64,000 nt of DNA from the human T2T-CHM13v2.0 reference genome, Homo sapiens, in the NCBI RefSeq assembly GCF_009914755.1, contig NC_060947.1; one strand, written 5' to 3'. The stretch's first letter is position 1, and the number at the start of each line of letters is the position of its first letter. Positions 1 to 12,190 of the stretch are shown here, piece after piece. The position numbers were made by a program, and so were the translations under genes. The notes beneath the pieces were generated by a model. It had not been told where the DNA came from. It worked only from the letters and a program-made list of their open reading frames with translations, and ran no database searches.

Positions 1-101
1 ATTTCCATGATCCAATCACCTCCCACCAAGCCCCGCCTCCAACATGGGAGATGACAATTCGACATGAGATTTGGGCAGGAACACATATCCAAACCATATC
101 A
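1..101 (-). mobile_element. MST-family (MSTA/MSTB-like) MaLR LTR, cut by the window start
   Basis: The reverse complement begins TGATATGGTTTGGATATGTGTTCCTGCCCAAATCTCATGTCGAATTG, the typical MST 5' terminus. Confidence 0.85.
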
Positions 102-226
102 CTAGGTTTTCTTCTAGGATTTTTACAGTTTGTGGTCTTACATTTAAATCTTTTACCTATCTTGAGTTAAATTTTGTATATGATGAAAAGTAGGAGGTTG
201 GGTTTCATTCTTCTTCATATGGCTAG
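102..226 (-). mobile_element. L1 ORF2 3' fragment (inverted part of an L1MA-type element)
   Basis: The reverse complement matches L1 ORF2 (CTAGCCATATG...CCTAGAAGAAAACCTAG) and switches strand abruptly at 226/227. Confidence 0.8.
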
Positions 227-945
227 AGAATGGGTATTAAAAAGTGAAAACAATAACTGATGTTGGTGAGGGTGCAGAGAAGGAACTCTGATGCACTGTT
301 TGTGATAATATAAAGTAATATAACCTCTGTGGAAAACAGTATGAAGATTTCTCAAAGAACTAAAGGTAGAACTACCATTCAGTCCAACAATCCCACTACT
401 AGGCATCTGCCCAAAACAAAACAAATCATTATATAAAAAAGATATCTGTGCCTGTACGTTTATCACAGTACTATTTACTATTGCAAAGATGTGGAATCAA
501 TCTAAGTGTCCATCAATTGATGACAAGATAAAGAAAACGTGAAATATATATATGTGTGTATGTATATATATATATATATATATAATTGAATACTATTCAG
601 CCATAAAAAGAATAAAATCATGCCATTCGCAACAACATAGATGAAACAGAGGCCATTATATCAAGTGAAACAAGTCAGACATGGAAAAATAAATACTGCA
701 TGTTCTCACTTATAAGTGGAAGGTAAATACTGTGTACCCAAGGATGTAGAGTGTGAAATGATAGACAACGGAGACTTGGAAGAGTGTGGGAGTTGGGGGG
801 GGGGGGGAGATGATGATAAATGACTTGATGTGTACAATGTATATTATTCTGATGATAGACACCCTAACAGTCCTGACTTCACCACTACACAATCTATGCA
901 TGTAGCAAAATTACACTTGTAACCCATAAATTTATACAAAAAAGA
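227..945 (+). mobile_element. L1MA-type ORF2 end and 3' UTR with an internal (TA)n tract
   Basis: Contains L1 3' motifs (GAACTACCATTCAGTCCAACAATCCCACTACT, GTTCTCACTTATAAGTGG), an L1MA-like 3' UTR and a short A tail. Confidence 0.85.
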
Positions 946-1404
946 GAATAATTTATATCTTTACACAAACCTTTTAACAGGCTAGTTTAAGTTTGACATT
1001 ATAGTTACTTATTTAATTAAATATTATGGAAACCAGTGAGATATAGCTGTAAAAACAGAGGTTCTTTTTCTTGTAGAGAAGCTCAGTTAAAAAGCTGTAG
1101 AAAGACACAAAGTAAACATCTTTTAAAAATTCTGTATTAGTTATATAGAGAGGAAAATAAAATGTTAGAAAAAGCAATTACAAAAAAAATCAAGGTTTTT
1201 CTCAGATTGTTCTGCGTCTTTAAAATTTATTGTTCCCATTCAAGTAAACGTAATCAGAATTTATAGTGTATTTGCTATGAGTGAGCATTTCATAAGAAAG
1301 ACTAACAGAGATCCAATCATTGGATGTATCTCCAAGAGAAGATCTTGGTTTCACATCATAAGACTGGCAAAGAATTGTCCTCTTTGATGTTTTATGTTAA
1401 GAAT

Positions 1405-3242
1405 ATGGGGAAAATACAACATTCTAATAAAAAATTTAAAGAAGACCTAAATAAATGGAGATATGCATATGCATGGATAGGAAGACTCAATATTGTCAAG
1501 ATGTTAGTTATTCCTAACTTGATATATAGATTCAATACCATCCCAATCAAAATCCTGGGAAGTTATTTTGTGGATATTGACAAACTTATTCTAAAATGTA
1601 TATGGAAAGGCAAAAGACAAGAATAGATAACACAGTATTGAAGAACAAAGTTGGAGAACTGATACTACAAAACTTTACTTACTACAAAGCCACAGTAATT
1701 AAGAGTGTGCAATTGATGTTAGAACAGAAAATTGATAAATGAAACAGAATAGAGAGCCCAGAAATAGACCCACATAAATACACTCAACTGATATTTGACA
1801 AAGAAGCAAAGGCATACAATGGAGAAAAGACAGTCTTTTCAACAAATGTTGTAGGAATAACTGGACATCCACATGCAAAAAAATGAACCTAGGTCCAAAA
1901 CTTACACCCTTCACAAAAATTAACTAGAAATGGATCACAGACCTGAAAGTAAAATGCAAAACTATTAGACTCTTAGAAAATAACATAGGAGAAAATGTAG
2001 CTAAACTTGGGTTTGGAGATGACTTTTTTGATATGACACCTACGGCATGATCCATGACAGAAAGAATTGATAAGCTGTACTTCATTAAAATTAAATTTTC
2101 TGCTTTGTGAGAGACACTGTCAAGAAATGAAAATAAAAGCCACAGAATAGGAGAAAATATCTGCAAAACAATGATCTGCTAAGTGACTGTTATCCAAAAT
2201 ATACCAAGGCCTCTTAAAACTCAAAAATAAGAAAACAAACAACCCAATTTAAAAAATTGGCCAATTGAATTTAGCAGATACCTCACCAAGGAAGATCTAC
2301 AGATGGCAAATAAGCATATGAAAAGATGCTTCACATCTGATATTATCAAGGAAATCCAAATTAAAACAACAATGAGATACTACCACACACCTATTAGAAT
2401 GGCCAGAACGCAGAACACTAACCACAATAAATCCTGGTGAAGATGTGGAGCAAGAGGAACTCTCATTCATTGCTGGGAGGAATGCAGAATGGCACAATTA
2501 CTTTGGAAGACAGTTTGGCAGTTTCTTACAAAACTAGACATACTCTTACCATATGATCAAGCAATCCCACTCCTTGGTATTTACCCAAAGGAACTGAAAA
2601 AACCTGCACCTGGATGTTTATAGCAGCTAAATTCATAATTGCTAAAACTTGGAAGCAACCAAGATGTCCTTCAGTATGTGAATGGATAAATGAAGTTTGG
2701 TATATCCAGTTAATGGAATATTATTCAGCATTAAAATAAAATGAGCTAAGAAGCCATGAAAACACATGGAGAAAATGAAAACACATATTAATAAGAGAAA
2801 AATAGCCAATCTGAAAGGCTACATACTGTTAGATTCCCACTATATGACATTCTGGGAAAAGCAAAACTAGGGAGACAGTGAAAAGATCAGTGTTTTCAAG
2901 GGGGTAGTTGGGAGGTAAGGATGAAAAGGTGGGGCACACAGGATTGTTAGGGCAATGAAACTATTCTGTATGGTACAATAATGGTGGATACACGTCATTA
3001 TATATTTGTTCAAACCCATAAAATGCCTGACTCCAAGAGTGAAGCCTAATGTAAACTATAGACTTTGGGTGACAATGATGTGTCGGTGTAGCTTCATCTA
3101 TTGTAACAAGTGTGCCACTCTGGTACGGTGTTAATAATGGGGGTAGGTAGGCATGTGTAAGGGAAGAGCGTATGTAGAAAATCTCCGTACCTTCCACTCA
3201 ATTTTGCTGTGAACCTGAAACTGCTCTAAAAATAAAGTCTGT
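1405..3242 (+). mobile_element. 5'-truncated L1MC1-like LINE (decayed ORF2 C-terminal half and 3' UTR)
   Basis: ORF 1324-1626 reads KEDLNKWR..WIGRLNIVKM..PNLIYRFNTIPIKI, an L1 ORF2 motif. The 3' end AAACTGCTCTAAAAATAAAGTCT is L1MC-like. Confidence 0.9.
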
Positions 3243-3389
3243 TCAAACATTTATTATACTTTCTGATTCTTGTTTTAACTGACTTCTTGTGCTAACTATA
3301 TTAAATAAGAAGTCTTCTTTTCTATTTGCATGGAAGAAAGGCTGAGAGGAAATATATCAATATTTTAAACAATCTAATCCCTAGGTGGT

Positions 3390-4504
3390 TGTGATATTGT
3401 GAAATATAGGCTGAGTATCACTTATCCAAAATGCTTGGGACCAGAAATGTTTGGATTTCACATTTTTTAGGTTTTTGGAGTATTTACTTTACACCAGTAT
3501 TTAGCTTACATCAGTTGAGCATCCCAAATCTGAAAATCCAAAATGCTCCAATGAACATTTTCATTGCGCATCAAGTCAGCGTTCAAAAAGCTTCAGATTT
3601 TGTAGCATTTTAGATTTAGGATGCTCAACCTGTATGTATTTGGCTCTTATCTCAGCTTCCTAGTAAAAAATTCCTACAATCCTTGGAGACTTCGGAGTAA
3701 TAAGTGTGTCTTTTATATGCTACTGAGATGACTGGTGGCTGGGGGGCCCCTAAACAGCTTCAAGATGGGAGCGCATCACCAGAAAGACCAAGGCATGATT
3801 GCTGGGTTGGAACTTTCAGCTGTACCCCCTTTCCTCATCTCCAGGGAGGGGAGAGGGCTGAAGCTTGAGTTGATCACCAATGGCCAATGATGGAATCAAT
3901 CATGCCTAAGTAATGAATCCTCCATAAAAACCCAGAAGGACGGGGTTTGAAGGAGCTTTCCATCTTTACTGAACACGTGGAAGTTCCTGGAGGGTGGTGT
4001 ACCCAGAGGGAGCACGGAAGCTCCGCGCCCCTCCCCCCATGCCTTGCCCTAGGCATCTCTCTTCCATCTGGCTGTTCATCTGTATCCTTTATAAAATCCT
4101 TAATAATAAACAGGTAAATGTAAATAAAGAAACTTCCTTGAGTTCTACGAACCACTCTAGCAAATATTCCAACCGGAGGAGGTGGCTGTGGTAACCCCAG
4201 TTTACAGAAGCACAGACCATAACCTGGGGCTTGCAATTGGCATTTGAAGTGGGAAGCAGTCTTAAAGGATTAAACTTTCAACCTGTGGAGTGTGATGCTA
4301 TGCTATTTCCAGGTTGATGGTGTCAGATAGTATCAAATGTTGAGTTACAGGACACACAGCTGCTGTCCACTGCAGAATTGGTTGCTGATAGGGAGAAATC
4401 TCTACATATTTTGGTGACCAGAGTGAAGTGTTGTGCTCAGTGAGTATATGAGAGTAGGAAAAAAAAGACACATTGGCTTTGGTTTTTCCTATATCTCTTA
4501 CCCA
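3390..4504 (+). mobile_element. MER21 solo LTR, interrupted by Tigger4a and itself inserted into an L1ME 3' UTR
   Basis: Has the MER21 start TGTGATATTGTGAAATA and ends in CA. TGGT target-site duplication (TSD) at 3386-3389 and 4505-4508. Confidence 0.85.
3407..3632. mobile_element. Tigger4a/MER46A non-autonomous TcMar-Tigger element
   Basis: Terminal inverted repeats (TIRs) TAGGCTGAGTATC and GATGCTCAACCTG, TA duplications at 3405-3406 and 3633-3634, about 226 bp long. Confidence 0.85.
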
Positions 4505-5449
4505 TGGTAGATTGCAGCTGAATTTTTATTTTCTTTATATTTTTCAATTTTTCATATTTTTACAATAAATGTTTATATTTTAAAAGGTTATCTAACAGTC
4601 ATTGCATGTAACATAGAAGAGTAAAAGTAGTTTAGGCGACAGTGTAATTCCTTAGTATTCACCTCAAAAACCTATCATACTGACAGTTGTAATATTAACC
4701 TATATTTGAAATTAGTATCCTGTCCTGGTGTTACTACTTTGATAACCCTGCAAGTTTTTGGTTTGTTGTTTTGTTCCTTTGCCCTGAGGAAATAGCTGCC
4801 TGGACTTCCTTTCTGTTGTTCGTATGATGTACTATGGATTCTAGAGAATTTTATGTCTTATTGTAAGTATGGCAAAAATTGCCTGCTTGTTATAAATATC
4901 AATTTATTGGGAGATATTCATAACGTTGAGTTTAGGCACTGTCTGTAAATCCACTCCTTCCTCTCTTGCCTGAAGATATACTTGGGAATAGAGTGTTTCA
5001 TCACTTAAGAAATTTTCCATAAAATATTAGAAATAAATAAGGGAAGAAAGAAGTACACTCTACTGAAATGTATTGAGTATAATTATGTAAGTGTACTACA
5101 GAAACTGAACTTGGGAGAGAAAAGAGCAGAGATTTTTCTAAGATGCTCCAAGGGAAATAGAAAAATGTCACATTTTAGTGACAGACAGAAAATTAGAAAT
5201 AAAATGTTCAGAAACTTCATCAACCAATGGGTGCGACTTTTCAGAATCTATTTGTTTCTAATAAAATACCAGTCGGTGCCAGAATGAAGTCGGGCCTTTA
5301 CCCAGTTACCTTATCCTTGTTTGGCTTGCCTTAGTTGGACCCCATCGGCTACCAATTTGCGATACACACTTCTAGCACAATGACTTATGTAATGAGAAGA
5401 GTCATGTGTTATTCTGATGTTGAAAGTAAACTTCGGTGCCCTCATCTCA

Positions 5450-5690
5450 GTTCATTTTTATTCTTGAGTACTTACTGTGTCAAGTCGTGTGCTTAATTTT
5501 GGAATGTACAATCTAAAAGAGAAGACTCACATACACACAAACAATGCTAAACTCAAGCAAGCTGTGATAGACAACGGAAGGGCAAAGTAATGCCAAGACA
5601 TGAGGGACAGCAGTTTGGAGAATGGAGAGGAAGACAGTGGCATCTGAGGTGAGCTTTGAAGGATGATTAGCACTCAAGATCTGGTGAGAT
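5450..5690 (-). mobile_element. Degraded L2 fragment
   Basis: TTCATTTTTATTCTTGAGTACTTACTGTGTCAAG and GAGCTTTGAAGGATGA resemble the antisense L2 3' region. Confidence 0.55.
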
Positions 5691-6057
5691 GTCCATTCTG
5701 CTCAGCACTGTGGCTTTCTGAGGTGGCAAAGTGATGATCCCAGGAAGTGAGGTGAAGGCTTCTTTATCTCACCAGACTGAAAGGTTTAATTTTTGAATCA
5801 AGGTTGGAGCTCAAGAGAGCTGTGCTTTAAGAGGAATGTTCTGCCCTTGAGAGTGGAGTGCACTGAGGAAAGGACAATTCTGGAGAAATCACCCTTTTCT
5901 GTCAACCCTCCAACCTTATCACTCCTGGCCCCAAATGCCTCCATTTAGCATACCCTCCAAATGAGTTAAAAAAATCACAGCACTTAACTCTGCTCTATCT
6001 AGCATTGATTTTTTTATTAGGTGCTCACATCAGGACATTCATCAGATTCTCATTTAC

Positions 6058-6155
6058 CTGGATCCTGTGGGTTCAAGAGGAAAAATGCAATCATGTTGTC
6101 TCAAAAATGTATCAAAAAGATCAAAGTTTCTGGTTCTATCCTTCATCTTTCTTCT
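6058..6155 (-). other. Candidate 98-nt internal exon, possibly non-coding
   Basis: Minus-strand acceptor TTCTTTATTCTTTATGTATTTTAAG| and donor CAG|GTAAAT, in sequence I could not assign to a repeat. No transcript evidence is available. Confidence 0.3.
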
Positions 6156-6764
6156 CTTAAAATACATAAAGAATAAAGAATTATTGAAAGTACAGTATAT
6201 ATGGGTTTTCTGAGTATGGAGTTCTCTACTTTTAAAAAGAATCCTAATAGTTTTTTTTTTGGGGGGGGGGTGCATACGTAGTTAACTATTATCATCAGTT
6301 TTAATTGGGTTGAACAAAGGGGTGGAAAACCCAAAGAGGCAGATAATTAAAAATCTTTGTTATTCAACTTTGGGAATCATTCCTAAAATATCTTTCTCAT
6401 ATAAAAAGAACAGCCTGAGGATGTGAAAAGCAAGGTTTATATTTGCCTTCTTCCATTTAGGAGGAATAAAGTACTGCCCTCTACAGCATCCATCTATATT
6501 TTTAAAATATTGAAGACAGTGTGACATTCACTTAGAACCATGTAGTTTATACTACTTGGTTTACTGTCTCAGCATCTCATTCTGTCTTGGGAACATCTCT
6601 ATCTTCTTGAAAGGAAATGTCTTTATCCTCTCAATTAAACCATGTTGTCTCAGTAGAGCAGGCAAGTGTCCTTGGCCACAGGGGTGGGATACTGAACTTT
6701 GAAAAAATTATAAAGTTAAAACAACTATGTATTTTATTTATAGTTCAGAATCATTGGCAAATCA

Positions 6765-7000
6765 AATGATTCAATAACAAATATTTACAGTGCACACTGT
6801 ACTTCAAGCAATATGTAGACACTGTGGATACAGTGGGAGACATGACATAGTCTTTGCACACATAGAGTTTATTGTCAAATGAAGGATACAGACAAGTAAA
6901 CTATCAAACACAGCTTGTAAATTAATGCTATATTGAGAGGGGGAACACAAAGGGAGGTAGAAGCACAAAAAAGAATGCTTAACCTAGCCTGGGCTTGGAA
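6765..7000 (-). mobile_element. L2 fragment
   Basis: ATTCAATAACAAATATTTACAGTGCACACTGT...AGACACTGTGGATACAG is the antisense L2 3' end signature. Confidence 0.6.
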
Positions 7001-7092
7001 AGATGTGGGATGGAGATGGGATAGATTATTCAACACTTTTCTATATCAGTTTAGCTATGATTACTCTCATTTAATCTGTCAAAGTGGTTGCT

Positions 7093-7539
7093 TGTAATGG
7101 ATTTATTTGCCCTGAGAGCTATCCCTCATTTATCCTCTGCTGTGCCTCATAATATACACAGGCTGACCCCTGAAGATTGCAATTCCTAGACTAGCTAACA
7201 TTTTGTGGCCATCTTGGTTCAACCAACAGGCAGAAAAACAGGAGATTAGAACCCAGGAGGATGGAGCGGACAGTTTTTCTCCATCTTCTGCATCAGGTGG
7301 GGCTTTCCTTCAATGGCTACATATTATTCATGACTCTAGGCCCATCAAATTAGCCCGCCATGACATGAGATCCTATGGAACCCAACACCTGGGCTCCAAT
7401 AACACTGTCTCCTCTCTTTGTCTTTCCAGCCTAGAGTTGAGAGTGACTTCCTCATGTTGAAAACTGTTGGGTTCTCCAATTCTCCTGTTTGGCTTCTCCA
7501 TCTCTTGTATAATCAGTTCCCTGAATTAAATTCTCTCTT
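7093..7539 (+). mobile_element. LTR33-like ERVL LTR, 3' end cut by an L1
   Basis: Motifs GGCTGACCCCT..., GGTTCAACCAACAGG..CAGGAGATTAGA and ATTAAATTCTCT resemble LTR33. Confidence 0.6.
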
Positions 7540-9025
7540 GGGAGGGTAGAGATCATCATGGCGGATGGGAAGCAGGACTAGATTGCAGCTCCAGACAGAG
7601 CAGTGTGTGGAGGCTCGCATGGTGAATTTTAGCTCCAGATCGACTGCAAGAACAAACCAGCAATCCCAAGAGGATCCACAGACTCTATGAAGGAAGTGGA
7701 CTGCCCCTGCAGGACCTGGGAGATACCCCAAATACTGTGAGTGCCCCAACTGCGGAAGTGGAAAAGGGAGACCCTCCTCTCCCAAACACACATCCCCACT
7801 GGAGAAGCTGAATGTCTGTTTGTGGGAGAAGTTTCCGACTTTACCTGGAGCTGAGTCAATTTGGGGAGCTGAGTCAATTTGGAGAGCTGAGCAAAATACA
7901 AGGGTAAAGGAAGTAGCAGAAAGGCCCTGGGAGCTCTCTGGGTCCCTGAGCAGGTCATTCCTGCCTGGCACCACAGGGATCCATCCAGAGGGCAGCCAGA
8001 GAGGCAGGGGGTAAAACTCCAAAGGGAGAAGGAAATCTCTAGCTGGACTTTGTAACAATTTGAACCGGGTGAGAAGCCTCCTGGCCAGAACTTGGGGGAA
8101 GTTGCAAATCTGGTGTGCAGACTCCACAGGCGGGGATAGAACCTTTTCTTTTGCAGCTGGGAGGCGGGTAGCCTGGGGCACATTTTCAAGCCCATCTCGC
8201 CCACCACCTGGAAGTGGACCCAGGGCTGTTGGGTGGGGCATGGTGGGAATGAGACCAGCTCTTTGGTTTGTGTGGGAGCTGGGTGAGGCCTGTGACTGCT
8301 GGCTTTCCCCCAAAACCTGCGTAACTCAGCAGTGACAGCCATAATCCTCCTAGGTACGCAACTCCAGTGACCTGGGAATCTCACTCCCATCCCCCCACAG
8401 CAGCTGCAGTAAGACCCGCCCAAGGATGCCCACTCTCACCACTCCTCTTCAACATAGTACTGGAAGTCCTAGCCAGAGCAGTCAGACAAGAGAAAGAAAT
8501 AAAGGGCATGCAAATCGGTAAAGAGGAAGTCAAACTGTCACTGTTTGCTGACAGTATGATCATTTACCTTGAAAACCCTAAGGACTCCTCCAGAAAGCTC
8601 TGAGAACTGATAAAATAATTCAACAACGTTTCCAGATACAAGATTAATGTACACAAATCAGTAGCTCTTCTATATACCAACAGCGACCAAGTGGAGAATC
8701 AAGTCAAGAACTCAACCCCTTTTACAATAGCTGCAAAAATAAAATAAAATAAAATACTTAGGAATACACCTAACCAAGGAATCCAAAGACCTCTACAAGG
8801 AAAACTACAAAACACTGCTGAAAGAAATCACAGATGACATGAACAAGTGGAAACACACCCCATGCTCATGGACGGGTAGAATCAAAATTGTGAAAATGGT
8901 CATACTGCCAAAAGCAATCTACAAATTCAACGCAATTCCCATGAAAATACCACCATCATTCTTCACAGAATTAGAAAAACAAATTCTAAAATGTATATGG
9001 AAACAAAAAAGAGTCTGCACAGCCA
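7540..9025 (+). mobile_element. L1PB(a) 5' UTR fused directly to mid-ORF2 (ORF1 and the ORF2 N-terminal half are missing)
   Basis: L1PB-type 5' UTR (ATGGCGGATGGGAAGCAGGACTAGATTGCAGCTCC) joins at CAAGGA 8421-8426 to RT-domain sequence [33 protein letters not shown]. Confidence 0.85.
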
Positions 9026-9375
9026 TGGGCTCTCCATTCTGTTCCATTGGTCTACATATCTGTTTTTATACCAATACCACGCTCTTTTTGTTCCTATAAC
9101 TCTGTAGGATAATTTGCAGTCGGATAATGTGATTCCTCCAGTTTTGTTCCTTTTGCTTAGGATCCTTTTGGCTACTCTGGGTCTTCTGTGGTTCCATATA
9201 AGTTGTAGGATTGTTTTTTCTATTTCTGTGAAGAATATCATTGGTATTTTGATAAGGATAGCATTCAATCTGTTTATTGTTTTTGGTAGTATGGGCATTT
9301 TAACAACATTGATTCTTTGAATTTATGAATATGAAATATTGTTCCATTTTTTGGTGTTGTCTTCAATTTCTTTAA
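9026..9375 (-). mobile_element. Inverted L1 ORF2 segment
   Basis: Minus-strand ORF 8963-9298 reads [26 protein letters not shown]...[15 protein letters not shown]. Confidence 0.9.
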
Positions 9376-10478
9376 GGTACTGGTATAAAAACAGATATAT
9401 AGACCAATGGAACAGAATCAACCAGAATCAAATCCACACACCTATGGTGAACTCATTTTCAACAAAGAAGTCAAGAACATACACTGGGGGAAAAGATGGT
9501 CTTTTCAATAAATAGTGCTGGGAAAATATCTGCAAACTATGCATCTGACAAAGGTCTAATATCCAGCATCTATAAGAAACTTAAATCTACAAGAGAAAAA
9601 CAACCCCATTAAAAAGTGGGCAAAGGACATGAACAGACACTTTACAATAGAAGACATACATGTTGCCAACAAGCATATGACAAAAATCTCAATATTGCTG
9701 ATTATTAGAGAATGCAAATAAAAACCACAATGAGATATCATCTCACACCAGTCAGAATGGCTATTATATAAAAAATTTAAAAATACCAGGGGCTGGCAAG
9801 GTTGCGGAGAAAAGGGAACACTTACACGCTGTTGGTGGGAGTGTAAATCAGTTTAACCATTGTGGGAAGCAGTAGGGCAATTCCTCTAAGTGCTGAAAGC
9901 AGGACTGCCATTTGACCCAGCGATCCCATTACCGTGAATAATGTATATTCCCAGAAAAATATAAATCATTCTACCATAAAGACTCATGCATGTGAATGTT
10001 CATTGCAGCACCATTCACAATAGCAAACATGGAATCAACCTAAATGCCCATCAATGACAGATTAGGTAAAGAAAATGTGGTACATACACACCATGGAATA
10101 CCATGAAGCCATAAAAAAGAATGAGCTCATGTCCTTTAGCAAGAACATGGATGGAGCTGGAGGCCATTATCCTTAGCAAACTAATTCAGGAACAGGAAAC
10201 CAAATGCTGCGTGTTCTCACTTACTAGTGGGAGCTAAATGATGAGAACATATGGCTGCAAAGAGGGGAACAACAGATACTGGAGCCTCCTTAAGGGTAGA
10301 GAGTGGGAGGAGGGAGAGGATCAGAAAAAATAACTATTGGGTACTAGGCTTATTTCCTGGGTGACAAAATAACCTGTACAACAAATCCCTGTGACATGAG
10401 TTTACCTGTATAACAAACCTGCACTTGTTCCCCTGAACCTAAAATAAAAGTTAATAAAAAATTAAGAAAAATAAAAAG
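9376..10478 (+). mobile_element. L1 ORF2 fragment and L1PA15/16-like 3' end with A-rich tail
   Basis: Diagnostic 3' UTR GGAGAGGATCAGAAAAAATAACTATTGGGTACTAGGCTT...CCCCTGAACCTAAAATAAAAGTT, with an internal jump at about 9526. Confidence 0.85.
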
Positions 10479-10739
10479 TATAAGGCCATTAGACAAATGT
10501 GAAAAATAACTGGATATTTGATATCAATGACACATATAATTCTTTAGTACTAGTAATTGTTTTCTGTTTATGTTTTATAAAAGAGTCTATCTCGCGAAAA
10601 CGCATATTTAGAGAAGAAATGGTGTGATGTCTTGGATTTGCTTTGCATGATTCGAGCAGCAGAGATTTCAATGGTGAGGAGGGGTGTCTATTTAGAATCA
10701 GATTGGCTATGTATTGATGATTGTTGATATTGAGTATAC

Positions 10740-11140
10740 CACTAACTAGGTAGCTTAATACAACATAAATGTATCATCTTTTATTCCTGGAAGCTAGAAA
10801 TCTAAAATTAAGTTATCGGCAGGGCCACAATCCCCCTGAATTCCTTGCCTCTTCTTAATTTCTGGTGGTTTGCTGGCAATTGCTGCTATTCCTTGGCTTC
10901 TACATGCGTTACTCAAATACTCCATCTTCCCATGGTGTTCTTCCTATGCTTTTGTCCTAACATGAACATCTACTAATAAGCACAGAAGTCATATTGAATT
11001 AGGGGACCTTTCTACTCCAGTATGACCCTATCTTAACTAATTACATATGTAATGATGCTATTTCTAGAAAAGGTCATATTTTAAGGTACTGGGGGTCAGT
11101 ACTTCAACATAGCTTCTTGGGAAAGAATTAAACTTATAAC
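10740..11140 (-). mobile_element. MLT1 (MLT1B/C-like) MaLR LTR
   Basis: CTCCAGTATGACCCTATCTTAACTAATTACAT and GGTACTGGGGGTCAGTACTTCAACAT are antisense MLT1 motifs. Confidence 0.75.
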
Positions 11141-11843
11141 ACCCACATATGTGATAACTTATATGAAACGGGCCAGTTCCTTGAAAGACATAAACTACCA
11201 TACTTAGACAAGGAGAAATAGATAATCTGAATAGGTGTGCATTTATCAAATAAATTTAATCAATAATAAACAACCTTCCAAAGCACCAGGCTCAGATGGT
11301 TTCACTGGTGAATTCTACTAAACATTTATGGATAACATAATACCAATTCTCTACATGGCAAAGGGAATATTTTTAACTTATTCCTGGAGCAAACAATATC
11401 TTTATGTCAAAATCAGATAAAGATTTTACATAAAGTTAAACTACAAACCAATGTCTCTCATGAACATGGACCCAATAATCCTCAATGAATGACAAGAAAA
11501 TCCAACTCTACAATGTATAAAAAGAATTTTACAATATGACCAAGTGGGATTTATTCCAAGCACGCAAAGCTGCTTTAACATTTTAAAATCAATCAATATA
11601 GTTTACCATGTCAACAGGTAAGAAAACAAAAATTATGTGATCATATCAATTGATTCAGAAGAAGCATTTGACAAAATCTAAATCTCATTTATGATAAAAG
11701 ACCCCAGCAAATTAAGAGTAGAAGGAAACTTCCTCAACTTGACAAAGAACATCCACAATTAACCTACAACTGACACTGTATTTAATGGTGGGAGACTAGA
11801 AACTTTCCTACTAAAATCAGAATCAAGTCAAGAATATTCTCTC

Positions 11844-12190
<347 letters not shown>

